DNA of 63,382 bases, filler included, from Octopus bimaculoides (taxonomy: Eukaryota), in NCBI RefSeq assembly GCF_001194135.2. It is 8 parts of 8 records of this genome, joined end to end, with 100 filler letters (N's around TTAATTAATTAA, not from the genome) between each part and the next. Parts side by side here need not be neighbours in the genome. Positions count along the whole stretch, not along the records: positions 1 to 26,732 come from NC_068982.1; 7 more parts are not named here. One strand, given 5' to 3'. Under the pieces are notes generated by a model that saw only the letters and a list, made by a program, of their open reading frames with translations, had not been told where the DNA came from and ran no database searches. The translations under genes were made by a program, and so were the position numbers. Shown piece after piece: positions 1 through 12,307 of this stretch (position 1 is the first letter of the stretch; every line of letters begins with the position of its first letter).

Positions 1-36
<36 letters not shown>

Positions 37-279
37 CACATACAATGGGCTTCTTTCAGTTTCCATCTACCAAATCCACTCACTAGGCTTTGATTGGCCC
101 AACATTATAGTAGAAGACACTTGCCCAAGGTGCCACGCAGTGGGACTAGACCCAGAACCATGTGGTTGGTAAGCAAGCTACTTGCCACATAGCTACTCAA
201 AACAAGAATACTTGGACCAGATATAATTGGTTTCAGTGCTAAAGTATTAAATTTCATGTCTATCTATTTCTCTTTTCAG

Positions 280-337
280 AACCCTCTGGATTGTTTGGAA
301 GCTTTGGGCAATGTAGCATCTTGTAAGATATCAACAA
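280..337 (+). CDS. F8A1: HAP40 exon A ([19 protein letters not shown])
   Basis: Acceptor tctcttttcag, donor gtaagt; phase 0 to 1. Confidence 0.9.
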
Positions 338-3300
338 GTAAGTTTAACTTCTTTGATCTTTAGGCTTCATAATATTCATTACAATATCTTGAAATTGTAT
401 GTTCAAGCCTTGTGAAGATTGACAGAGCTGTTTATCTTACAATCAGTGGCAGACTGGGTCTAAAAATATCGGTTGCCAGGACAGGAGGCTAAGGGGGTCC
501 ACCCGCAACTACAAGGGGCCCACACGCAACTACAAAAGGCCCACCCACAACTGCAATGCTATCGTTTAATTTTTTTTGTTTTGTTAAAAGTATTCTTTTC
601 AACTGTCTACAAACACTGCCAGGCTGAAATAATGCATTCTTCCAGGAGTGAATAAAAAATTCTCAAACTTGAGGGGATGGGCCCCCATATATGGATTCTA
701 ATGGTGCAGGGGCCCACTTGCCATTGGCAACCTGGCAACCTGACCAGTCCACCACTGCTTACAATGGATGCAATGTTGGAGTCCAACAAGTTGGAATAGT
801 TTACCACAGGAATCTGAGGTTATGTATTATCATCAACATTTTACATCTTCTTTCTATGCTGGCCTCAAATGGTTGATCTTTTTGGGGCCATGTTTTATGA
901 CCAGGTTCTCCTGTCCTGCTGTAAACCCTTTTAGTTGCTTCTTATCACACACACGAGAACATTGGTATTTATTCTTAAACCAAGGTACACATAGGTGCAG
1001 GAGTGGCTGTGTGGTAAGTAGCTTGCTTACCAACCACATGGTTCCAGGTTCATTCCCACTGGGTGGCACTTTGGGCAAGTGTCTTCTACTATAGCCTCGG
1101 GCAGACCAATGCCTTGTGAGTGGATTTGGTAGACGGAAACTGAAAGAAGCTCGTCGTATATATGTATATATATATATGTGTATATATATATATATGGAAG
1201 AATGTACGAAAAAAAAACAACCGCTTGACAACTGATGGTGGTGTGTTTACGTCCACGTAACTTAGCGGTTCGGCAAAAAGAGACCGATAGAATAAGTACT
1301 AGGCTTACAAAGAATAAGTCCTGGGGTCGATTTGCTCGACTAAAGGCGGTGCTCCAGCATGGCTGCAGTCAAATGACTGAAACAAGTAAAAGAGTAAAAA
1401 AGTATAGTAACTACAGAAATCTTCAGTAATACTGAATGATTGACAAACAAGCTTATTATGCTGAACTTGGGGCTTTCTTTGGGTTTAGATCAAGATACAA
1501 GCATTAATAACATGGCTCCCTCCCTACCCCTGTCTGTTTGCATACTCTCTCCCTATCCTTCTCTTACCCTCTCTCATGTTCTACCATTTATTTTCATTTA
1601 TAGAAGACTACGATGGTGCCCTTGCTGTTTTAACAGAAATGAGTTACCTGGCACAAGAAAGAGGAGGTAATAACTTTATCATTAAAACACTGGGATTCTT
1701 TCTGTCCTTAAATGTATAGCTAACTGAAAGACTTCTCACCCCGCCTTTATCCACAAAAGAGGGTCATCCCTTCACTGGTGCTATATTGCCATAGCAAAAT
1801 ACAGGGAGAAAATATAGTATTCCATTGTATTAGTGAATGAAATGTTTACCATTCAAGCCAGTGACAATTTTTGCGCTGAGAGACTGGTTTCAATATTTAT
1901 GTGGAAGCTTATAGGCCCAGATATGTAAGCCATATTCAGGTGTAGATCACATATTTGTTTTACATAGGATCAGTAGCTGTTCAGAGTTGAATAGTTTCTG
2001 GTCTTTGACATGCATTATATTCTAGTCAGAATGAGATAATTTCATGCCTGCTAAATACTCTAAATGCACAACTAAATTGTGACCCTCACAAATTCCTAGG
2101 AGGTTTAGAGACATGTAATATCAATAAAACATATAATATCAATATCCAGTGATTCTCAAATTGATAGATGCAAGACCTTCCACCACCACCACCATATTAG
2201 TGAAGTATTTTGCCCCTCACCTTTTTTATTAATATGATTGATTAAATTTTACATCTTTATTCATCTTTCTTCACCATGGTGTTAAACAAGTCTGAAAAAT
2301 TTTAAACCATTGCAGATTTTTAAACTCTTTTCATTGAAATCCATCTGAAACCGTCCCTGGGTTCTATAATACAAAATTCAGTTTTAAAATTATCTAAATT
2401 AAAACCTTCAGTCAAAATTTCTTGTAATTTATGTTTTAACCCTTTAACATTTAAACTGACCATATCCGGCCCAAATATTCTACCTGTTGTATGTTAAAAC
2501 CAGATCCAACCTCTCACACCTACCCTATAATGTCATTCTAAAAATATACAAACATGTTTTTGAAATCTTGAAGCTATAAGATAATGCATGATTAATTCAA
2601 CTTTACGATGAAAGTAAACAAACAAAGTTTGTCTTTAGAAGCATTGAGATGTATTGTAAGATACAGAAATAAATTTATTTCTCAAACGCGTGATAATGCT
2701 ATAAATAGCGTGATCCATATATTGCAGAAGAATACGTTACCGGCCAGCCTATCCTGATCACGCTATTTATAGCATTATCACGCGTTTGAGAAATAAATTT
2801 ATTTCTGTATCTTACAATGCATGATTAATTTGAATCAGCATGAATAAATAAGCATTACATATGACAGAGAAACCTGAATGATAAAGGGTTAAAGACCAGC
2901 TTAATAGTAACTTTACTAAATTCTTCATTTTTTTTTTTACAAAATTCATTGAAAGAAAGGCTGCTTATTTCAACAGAAACAGGATAACATAAGAGTTAAG
3001 CATGGCAAATTTTCTGCATGCTTTTCAACCCTGACAGCCCTCCCTTCTCCTATGAGAAGCACTGATTTTATTTACCATCATTAACCCCTTAGCATTTAAT
3101 TGAGCCTAAATATTCTATCTGTTTTATGTTCAAGCAAACCAGGTTCAACCTCTCACACCTACCCTACAATGTCATTCTAAAAGTAAACCATCATATCTTT
3201 GAAGTCTCAAAGCTATAAGATAAAGCATAATTAATTCAAAACAATGTGAATAAATAAATATTACAGTTGATAGAATAATTTGAATGCTAAAAGAAATAAT

Positions 3301-5071
3301 CAAGAAATATTGTTTTAATTTTCGTTTCTATTTTAAGGATCTGCTTTTAGTGAAAAACCAATTGGTGCTTACAGTGATATTTTGGCACGTTGTGAACTAA
3401 CCAGAGTCCTCCTACTTATGTTGCTTCAGGTAAGTGAGATTTGGAAGGTTTTCTTGTAGAAACTATTGTTTCACTTCTTTAAGAAAGTAAAGCAAATCAT
3501 CTTTTTACAGGGTTTTCACATGAAAGGGTTTGAACCCTTCTCTGCAAGTTAATGATAGAATAGAAGTTTCATTGGTAATTAATGTGATCCCTCAGCTTAC
3601 AAATGTCAGCCACCATCATCATCATCCCACAAGGAGATTGAGCTCAACACCATATGGTTTGGGAATCAGCTTCTTAACCACACACAGCGAAATCGTGATG
3701 GCACCTGTGCCCAGCGTCGCCTTTCTGGCACTTGTGCTCGTGGCATGTGTAAGGACTTTCGAGCGAGATCGTTGCCAGTGCCCCTGAACTGGCTCTTGTG
3801 CGGGTGGCACATAAAATACACCATTTTGAGCGTGGCCGTTGCCAGTACCGCCTGACTGGCCTTCGTGCGGGTGACACGTAAAAGCACCCACTACACTCTC
3901 GGAGTGGTTGGCGTTAGGAAGGGCATCCAGCTGTAGAAACTCTGCCAGATCAGATTGAGACCTGGTGCAACCTTCTGGCTTGCCAGTCCTCAGTCAAATC
4001 GTCCAACCCATGCTAGCATGGAAAGCAGACGTTAAACGATGATGATGATGATGATGACAGCCACGACTGTGCCTATCTTAAACTAAGAATGGGTGTGAAT
4101 GTCAATATCCGATGTAATGTGTATGAGAAACATTAAAAGCCTTTAAAAATATCAGAGTGTTGCTTCACCAGGCAGTGTTTTACAACAACCAACATTGTTT
4201 ACATTGAAATATTGAAGAGGATATTTAGAATAGTTGTAGTAAATTAGATGTACTTATCTCTTGTTAATGGATAAACTTTGCGATAAAACCTCTTCTTCTG
4301 CACTGTTTACTGTTCTACAACCTTTTTTTTTTTTTTTTTTTTTTTTTTTTGTGTTTTGTCTCTACCGGAATGGCTGAGATGGATTTCACAATTTAAAATG
4401 ATGTTTGTGAAGATTTATTTAAGGTAGTAATGTTTTTAATCAGTCAATGGGAAGTAACTTTATATTCCTTATCTCTGCTGGATATTTCTTCCCTCTGTCT
4501 GTCTCTGTGTGTGTGTGTGTGCTATAGGTGTTTTGTTATTATTCTTGCCACCATTAAGTAATTCTAGTGAGTTATGTTTCAGTTGGCCTATAGCAAAGGT
4601 TTTGCTGATCAATCATCATCATCATCGTTTAACATCCACTTTCTATGCTGGCATGGGTTGGACGGTTTGACTGAGGACTGGCGAGCCAGAAGGCGGTACC
4701 AGGCTCCAATCTGATCTGGCAGAGTTTCTACAGCTGGATGCCCTTCCTAACGCCAACCACTCCGAGAGTGTAGTGGGTGCTTTTACGTGCCACTGGCATG
4801 AAGGCCAGTCAGGCGGTACTGGCAACGGCCACGCTCAAAATGGTGTATTTTATGTGTCACCCACACAAAAGCCAGTCCAGGGGCACTGGCAATGATCTCG
4901 CTCGAAAGTCCTTACACATGCCGCGGGTACAAGTGCCAGAAAGGCGTCGCTGGGCACAGATGCCATCACAATTTCGCTTTCGCTTGCCCCAATAAGTCTT
5001 CGCAAAATGAGTTTCGTGTCCAATGAGGGAGACGACGTTGGCATGGGTGCCAGTCATCATATATATATATA

Positions 5072-5140
<69 letters not shown>

Positions 5141-5903
5141 GTGTATATATGTATGTATATATATGTGTGTGTGTATAAGAAATACATTGTCCAGTATGTT
5201 CTTCATTTTCTTTTAAGACAGTAGGCTTTGAACTGAAGGATAATTTTTATAGTTTGAGTAACCAAATAGATCCTCTTTTGTTATCTCTAATGTCTTTCAT
5301 TGTCTTTAATTATTGTTTTAGACTTTAGAAAATATTACACTGAGCTACACATTGCTTTTTTTTTCTGACATTTTCTTTCAGCCGACACCTCAGAGGATCC
5401 GACCTGAACATGCACAGACGCTGGAGAAATATGCTTGGGGTGGTACTGAAGATTCCTACGTCAGTTAGTATCTGTCCTCATCAAATTTGTGTATCTTCCA
5501 TTTATTTGTTCAATTTACATTAGTCTTTCCATGCTAGCATGGGTTAGAGTAATACATCTTACAGTCAGATGCTCTAACTATCTCTAACCCTTATTTGTTT
5601 TTCAAGTGAGAGATTCCACTTTGATTTGAAAACATAGCACTAGCAAACAATTTGCTGATATTCTCCGTTAACCCTTCATTATCGTATCTTGTTCATATAA
5701 GCTGAGTTTGTTTTAATTAATTTGGAAAATAATGAGAGATTTAGTAAAATAAATTAGGCATTGTTAAGCTGGTGTCTCTTCCTGGCAACATGTAGAGCAT
5801 CCAGCTGTAGAAACTCTGCCTCAACAAATTCTCTCTGACCCATGCCAGCATGGAAAAGTGGATGTTGAAGTGACAATGATAACCGTGTGTGGGTGTGTGT
5901 ATA

Positions 5904-5939
<36 letters not shown>

Positions 5940-5945
5940 TGTATG

Positions 5946-5984
<39 letters not shown>

Positions 5985-8421
5985 NNNNNNNNNNNNNNNN
6001 NNNNNNNNNNNNNNNNNNNNNNNNNNNNNNNNNNNNNNNNNNNNNNNNNNNNNNNNNNNNNNNNNNNNNNNNNNNNNNNNNNNNNNNNNNNNNNNNNNNN
6101 NNNNNNNNNNNNNNNNNNNNNNNNNNNNNNNNNNNNNNNNNNNNNNNNNNNNNNNNNNNNNNNNNNNNNNNNNNNACACACACACACACATGTACAATGG
6201 ACTTCTGTACAGTTTCTGTCTTCCCCATTCACTCATAGGGCCTGGAGCTGTAGTAGAAGACACTTCCTCAAAGTGTTATGCAGTGGGATAGCCACTAATG
6301 TAGCTAGAGTGTGTGCTGCCCAGGGTAGCCCTTCCGTTTGTTACCCCTGGACCCCACAAAAAACACATATTGCCTTCAGGACACCCATAACCCCCCCCCC
6401 CCAGCTATGCTAGTGGGGATAGCATGTGGTTGCAAACAGATCATCATAACCACACAGATACGACTGCACCCTAATGTGCATTGTATGCATTTGTGTGTGA
6501 GAGAGTCTGTACATACCATGCAAGCTGGGAAACAGAAGCACAAGACTGCCCTGCCTAGCAAAGTTGCACCAGCAGAATAGGATTCCGGGGACACAGAGAC
6601 ACAAAGAAAACGCAAACTATGCAAATTCAGTGTTGACTCCTTGCCTTCAGTCCCAACAGACCACCTGTGCCTAACCTGTGGCAGAGCCTTCCAAGCAAGC
6701 ACCAGATTGATTGGCCACAGCTGGACACACCTGTTGTCTTCTCTCATCTGATGTCCTTGATTGGTGTTGGCGATGATGGACAAACTGAAAAAAAAATATA
6801 CCACTGTTAAAAATAAGCTATATTTGTTTACATCTCAGTTAACTTAGCTGTTCAATAAACAATGATTAATGAGACAGGTTCTGGGGTCAATATGATCGAT
6901 TGAGAACTCTTTAAGGCCACTCCTCAACATGACTGCAGTTCTGTAAAATAATACACACCTGTGGCATGTAAAAAGCAATGTTCAAGCATTGAGCCTCATG
7001 GAGGCAGCGACAGGTGACTGAGACCTTTGGTGATATATCATGCTTTTGTAGACCTGTTAAACCAAGTAGGACCATAGTCATGGCCGATACCAGTGTCAGG
7101 CACCCATGCCAATGGCATGTATAAAACACCAACCACACTCTCGGCGTGGTTGGCATAAGGAAGGGCATCCATCTATAGAAACTTTGCCAAATCAGATCAG
7201 AATCTGCAGCCCCACCAGCTTACCAGTTTTCATTCAAACTGTCCAACCCATGCCAGCATGGAAAATAGACGTTAAATGATGATGATGATAAAACCAAATT
7301 GAGACTCCTGTGCAGGTGGCACATAAAAAACACCATTTGAGCGTAGCCGTTGCCAGTACCGCCAGACTGGCCCCCGTGCCAGTGGCACATAGAATGCAAC
7401 CACTACACTCTCGGAGTGGTTGGCGTTAGGAAGGGCATCCAGCTGTAGAAACTCTGCCAAATCAGATTGGAGCCTGGTGCAGCCATCTGTTTGCCAGTCC
7501 CCAGTCAAATCGTCCAACCCATGCTAGCATGGAAAACAGACGTTAAATGATGATGATGATGATGATGATTTGAAACTTCATCGTCTTTCATTCTCCATTC
7601 CGTCTTCACATCCTTTTTTCACTTTTTGGTGTTTTTCTATTTCCAGTTAATTTCCTTGATGAGGATCTGTTTTTACTGCTACAGTCCGTTGTTGTAAGTN
7701 NNNNNNNNNNNNNNNNNNNNNNNNNNNNNNNNNNNNNNNNNNNNNNNNNNNNNNNNNNNNNNNNNNNNNNNNNNNNNNNNNNNNNNNNNNNNNNNNNNNN
7801 NNNNNNNNNNNNNNNNNNNNNNNNNNNNNNNNNNNNNNNNNNNNNNNNNNNNNNNNNNTTTGATGCCTCTTCTATTCGGATAGGACCCTCTGAGCCATTC
7901 AATGTTTAAAAATTCCTATTACGTTTTTATACTTAAATTTTATTAGGAATTACACAAAAATAATTATTAAAACATTTTGTGTAAAAGTATAACCAATTTA
8001 TTCTTTTACTTGTTTCAGTCGTTTGACTGTAGCCATGTTCAAGCACCGCTTATGGTCGAACAAATCGACCCCAGGATTTATTCGTTGTAAGCCTGGTACA
8101 GTAACCCCTCGCCATATCGGGGTTCTCCTATCGCGGTTCATTATTTAAGCTTACGTCGATTCCTCCGTGGTGTTGTTTTGCATTTATAATAAAATATGAT
8201 GATGATATACAAATTAAAAAAATAATTTACAAAAATATATACAGTACAGTAGTTTCTACTTCATGGATTTTCACCTCTTGCAGTGGTTTGGAATGTAACA
8301 TCCATAATAGTCAAGGGATAACTGTACTTATTCTTTCAGTCTCTTTTGCCAAACCGCTAAGTTACGGGGATGTAAACACGCCAACACCAGTTGTCAAGTA
8401 ATGGTGGGAGGACAAACACAT

Positions 8422-8472
<51 letters not shown>

Positions 8473-9065
8473 TACGACAGGCTTCTTTCAGTCTCTGTCT
8501 ATCAAATCAACTCACAAGGCTTTGGTCGGCCCTAGGCTATAGTAGAAGACACTTGCCCAAGATGCCACATTGTGGGACTGAACCCGGAACCATCTGGTTG
8601 GGAAGCAAGCTTCTTACCACACAGCTACTCCTGCACCTATTGTTGCACATAAATTTTTAAAATAGAATCTTATATGGACCTTTAAGGGCCATATGGACCC
8701 TGATTGAGAACCACTGAGGTAAATGATACGAATCTATGGAGACTGAGATCAAATCCGAGTCAAAATGTCTCATCTTGCTAAAGTTCATTGAAGTAAATCC
8801 TAATTGATGATGTTGTTTAAAAAGAATAATGGGGAAAACACTGACAATTAATTATTTTGTTAATATATTGACTTCCTGACCATAATTAAGCACACTTCCT
8901 TTCATCTATTGTCATGTTTCCTATTTCTAGATGGCGTGCCAGTCTCGAGATTTGGACTCTTTGAGGTCTCTGCAAGTGGAACTATGGCCGATGTTGTCAT
9001 CAGAACAGAATCAGCTTCTGCATCTCATCATTGAAGAATTGAATCAGTTGAGTTTTAGTCTTTAG
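280..9065 (+). CDS. F8A1: HAP40 / factor VIII intron 22 protein orthologue, C-terminal 158 aa in six exons; the 5' exons lie upstream of the window
   Basis: Spliced translation [158 protein letters not shown]. It matches, from memory, human HAP40 motifs [57 protein letters not shown] and [24 protein letters not shown]. All introns are GT-AG with consistent phases, and exon lengths sum to 477 nt. Confidence 0.95.
444..757. mobile_element. hAT-type MITE in a HAP40 intron
   Basis: TIRs CAGTGGCAGACTGG / CCAGTCCACCACTG (12 of 14 match); perfect 8-bp TSD CTTACAAT at 436-443 and 758-765. Confidence 0.85.
994..1392 (+). mobile_element. tRNA-headed SINE family A, full-length copy
   Basis: Head GGAGTGGCTGTGTGG...GGTTCA(G/T)TCCC (A/B-box-like), internal (AT)n tract, conserved 3' half ending GTAAAAGAG. 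Further copies at about 38-200(-), 6183-6290(-), 8003-8640(-), 13007-13390(+), 17590-17825(+), 18480-18635(-), 20440-20620(-), 26510-26730(-), 30505-30905(-), 30930-31140(-), 44525-45250(-), 46600-46760(-), 56255-56445(-), 57832-58000(+), 60897-61280(+). Confidence 0.85.
1604..1666 (+). CDS. F8A1: HAP40 exon B ([21 protein letters not shown])
   Basis: Acceptor ttttcatttatag (tandem tag/aag), donor gtaata; phase 1 to 1. Confidence 0.92.
2440..2888. mobile_element. piggyBac-type MITE interrupted by a palindromic insert
   Basis: TTAA-CCCTTT...AAAGGG-TTAA ends (TTAA at 2436-2439 and 2889-2892); an uninterrupted related copy starts at 3085. Confidence 0.75.
3085..3293. mobile_element. Second copy of the piggyBac-type MITE, right end degenerate
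   Basis: TTAA-CCCCTT start; collinear with 2440-2888 minus the insert. Confidence 0.65.
3338..3429 (+). CDS. F8A1: HAP40 exon C ([31 protein letters not shown])
   Basis: Acceptor ttctattttaag, donor gtaagt; phase 1 to 0. Confidence 0.93.
3687..4057 (+). mobile_element. 5'-truncated RTE-LINE 3' tail (family B) ending in (GAT)n
   Basis: Matches the 3' UTR of the LINE at 51.2-51.9 kb. Other copies at about 4615-5055(-), 5760-5880(+), 6880-7290(+), 7290-7570(+), 12480-12882(+), 15120-15200(-), 15870-16080(-), 58290-58700(-), 59230-59415(+), 60290-60590(-), 61410-61450(+). Confidence 0.8.
4615..5055 (-). mobile_element. 5'-truncated RTE-LINE 3' tail, inverted relative to 3687-4057
   Basis: Shares GCCCCAATAAGTCTTCGCAA...GACGACGTTGGCATGGGTGCCAGTC with the LINE 3' UTR at about 51600-51672. 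Confidence 0.8.
5382..5463 (+). CDS. F8A1: HAP40 exon D ([27 protein letters not shown])
   Basis: Acceptor ttttctttcag, donor gttagt; phase 0 to 1. Confidence 0.9.
7647..7693 (+). CDS. F8A1: HAP40 exon E ([16 protein letters not shown])
   Basis: Acceptor tttctatttccag, donor gtaagt; phase 1 to 0. Confidence 0.92.
8099..8324. mobile_element. Tigger/pogo-type MITE nested in a family A SINE
   Basis: TIRs CAGTAACCCCTCG / CAAGGGATAACTG; TA TSD at 8097-8098 and 8325-8326; it splits the SINE motif CCTGGTA|CTTATT. Confidence 0.8.
8931..9065 (+). CDS. F8A1: HAP40 terminal coding exon (MACQSRDLD...LNQLSFSL*)
   Basis: Acceptor cctatttctag; TAG stop at 9063-9065. Confidence 0.93.
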   Translation: [44 protein letters not shown]

Positions 9066-9479
9066 TGGTGGTGGTCAGTCCGGTTGTTGGTGGTCTCAGC
9101 AAACTGGTCTCCTCTGTAAATTCGTTCATTGTGTATTGTTGGTGTCGATGGAGATTGGGGGGATTGGGGGATGGTGGGGCATGGGTTACCTGTTGCAGTC
9201 TGCAAATGGTGACAGACATAGCATTAACAACAACAACAGTAATAACAATGGTTGAAACAATAGTAACAGAAACAAGGGAAAACAACAACAATGGTAAGAC
9301 AATAAGTGACAACAACAACAGTGAAAACAACAGCAGCAAAAATAATAACAATAACAACAGCAACAATAAATGACAACAACAACAACAACATATTGTGAAA
9401 TTAGTAATTAATTTTGTAAACTTGTTGGGTTTTGGGGGTTTTTTTTCTTTAACTTGGTTGTCAGATTTATGGAAAACAT

Positions 9480-10900
9480 TCAATCTTCAGCGACACAGTG
9501 TTTTGGTGGCACAATATCTGTGATACAGTGTTTCAGTGTATAAGTGGCACAATATCAGTTCCAAAGTTTTTTTTATGACTCAGTGGTACATTTTTCAGTG
9601 TCACATTGGTGCAATCATTGATACAATGGCACGGTGCTGGTACTACAGTTTCTGTGTAACTCACTGGCACATGGATCCCACACCATGGCGATACAATGTC
9701 TTTGTGACTCAATTATGACATAGTGTCTTTGTGACTCAATAGCAGAATGTAAGTGTTTCTGTGTCTAAGGAAACGAGAGTCACTACTACAGTTGCTGTGT
9801 AACACGGTGGCACATTGTTTCAGTATCAATGTTGAGTTTGTCATAACTTCTGTGACACAGTGTGCCTTCGCTGCACAGTGACACTAAATACGCAGTGTTG
9901 TATTTCAGTGGTGTAGTGTCCTAGTGACATAATGTCTGTCCATTTGACAGTTACATAGCATCTCAGTATATGTGTTGTATCATTGTGACACAATTTTGTA
10001 GTGTTTTTGGCACATCGGTGGTGTTTTATTGTTGTGACACAGTTACATCATGTTTCAGTATATATCTTGTATGGTCATGTGACACTGTGTCGCACCCATA
10101 CAATCCATGGAAAAGTAGATGTTAAAGCAATAATGATGATGTCTTATGTAACACAATTTCCATGGGACACAGTTACTTAGTGTTTCTGTATATATCTTGT
10201 TGCATTGTCATGTTATGTGTATCCACATTTATTAAGGGCTTTGGTTGAAAGGAACACTGTTATAAGTAAATCAAGGATAAATGAATCATTTCTGTGCACT
10301 TTGTATCTGGAACAAATGGTTGTTCCATTGACACCAAACTTGTAGCCCACAGCAGTGAAGCTTCTATTGACATGTATTTTTTTTTTTGATCATCTCTGTC
10401 AAGAATACACCTGTCTGTGTCATTTGCCAGGATCAGGCACCTTTGTGCTTTTTCTCTTCACTGGTCCCATGTTGATGGGTACAAGTATGTATAAGAAATA
10501 CATGGCCTTGCAGCACAGTTTTGTAAACACAAGCAACGGTCAGTGCATTCTGGGCTGCTGAACATTGTGGGTAGTCACTTGGGCATGTTTTTTGCAGTAC
10601 AGGCTGATCATTGACCCATGTTATCACTGGTCAGTCTGTGACAAGTGTAACAAGGTTTGCAAATGAGTGTACAGTATCATCCCTGGTCAATAATGAATAA
10701 ATCCGTGGTAAATGAGGCTACATGTATAATGTCTATGTAACACAGTGTCTATGTAACATAATGTTTATGTGACACAGTCTCAGTATATAAATAGTGTTAT
10801 ACTGTCGTGACTCAATATTCTGCATGAGACAATAACACACTGGCTGTGTGACATAGAGATTACATGACATAGTCTATGTAACTAACAGTGTCATCTCTAT
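9480..10900. repeat. Old degenerate minisatellite-like tract rich in GTGACACAGT / GTGTC motifs
   Basis: Recurrent gtgacacag, gtgactca, gtaacaca variants at 9480-10220 and 10720-10900. Confidence 0.55.
10260..10480 (-). pseudogene. Possible Tigger/pogo transposase N-terminal (CENP-B-type HTH) relic
   Basis: Minus-strand frameshifted translation MGPVKRKSTKVPDPGK...SFTAVGYKFGVNGTTICS resembles Tigger-like AAVGRxYGVNESTIR. Confidence 0.35.
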
Positions 10901-11048
10901 GCCATGATATGTCAGTAGGTACCAGACATAATTCTACTGACTCTCTCCACTCCCAGCATGGTACCCTATTGTCTGAAATAACGGGGGTACCAAATTCTCT
11001 CCTAGACATTGTGTTGTGATCTTAACCAAAACACTTTACTTTAAACAT

Positions 11049-11207
11049 ATACATCCCACCCTGTGTATATCTCCTTCAGTGTACATCTCACCCTGGGTAC
11101 ATTCCACCTTTGGTTCATATCACACACTGTACATTCTACTTTTGGGTACATTCCACCCTGAGTACATCCTACCCAGTGTACATACCACCCAGAGTACATT
11201 CTATACA
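11049..11207. repeat. Degenerate ~16-bp minisatellite (GTACATTCCACCCTGA-like, about 10 units)
   Basis: Repeated gtacat(t/c)ccaccc units. Confidence 0.7.
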
Positions 11208-11278
11208 AATTATTCAAAGATAATGTATTCAATTATAACAATAAATGTCTTTGTTGTATTTATTTTGTTGTTGTTTTC

Positions 11279-11322
<44 letters not shown>

Positions 11323-12271
11323 CTTTCCTTTCCTTTTTATATTTACTGCGTAGTTAAGCAGTTCCCTTCTCAAGCTTGTGCTTCCAGGTCCTGTCTTCTT
11401 GCATGGCACTTGGGGCTAGAATAGCCCTGGAATCAACCAATGCCTTCTGACTTAATTTGTGTGGAAGTCTGTTTGTGTGTGTGCGTTTGTGTACATATAT
11501 AAATGTGTGTGTGTGTGTGTGTGCATGTGTTTGCCTACCCACTCCTGACCACCAGTATAGGTTTTTGGGGGGTTTTTTTTACATCCTTGTAACTTCAGTT
11601 CAGCAAAAAGTAGTAGTAGTAGTAGTAATAATAATAATAAACCAGATATAGTTGTCAGAGATCACCAAGAAAAAAATGCTTTCTATTTGATGTATCAATA
11701 CCAACAGATGACAATGTTTCTCTAAAAGAAACAAAACCTTTCAAAATACAAAGACCTCGAAATAGAGGTATCTCGAATATAGAGTCTAAAAACAGAAACG
11801 ATTCCTATCATTGTAGGTGCATTAGGTATGATAAAAAGTTATTCAGACAAATACATAACAAAAACACCAGGATTTATGAATGCATATACCATACAGAAAA
11901 TAGCATTACTAGGCACCACACACATCTTATGTAAAGCACTTTCAGTACAGTGGAAATAAGAGCACCACAGCACATACCCAAAGCACACAGAGCTGTGTTT
12001 GGAAGTGCAGTGAAAGCACATGATAAAAATAAAACAACTGAATAATAATGATAATGATGGTTTCAAATTTTGGCTTAAAGCCGGCAAGTTTGGATGTGTA
12101 GGTAAGTCGATTACATCAACCCCAGTGCATAACTGGTACTTATTTTATCAACCCCAAAAGGATGAAAGGCAAAGTCAACCTCAGCAGAATTTGAACTCAG
12201 AACTTAAAGATGCACAAATTACTGGTTAATATTTTGCCCTGCATACTAACAATTCTGTTAGCTTGCCACCT

Positions 12272-12307
<36 letters not shown>

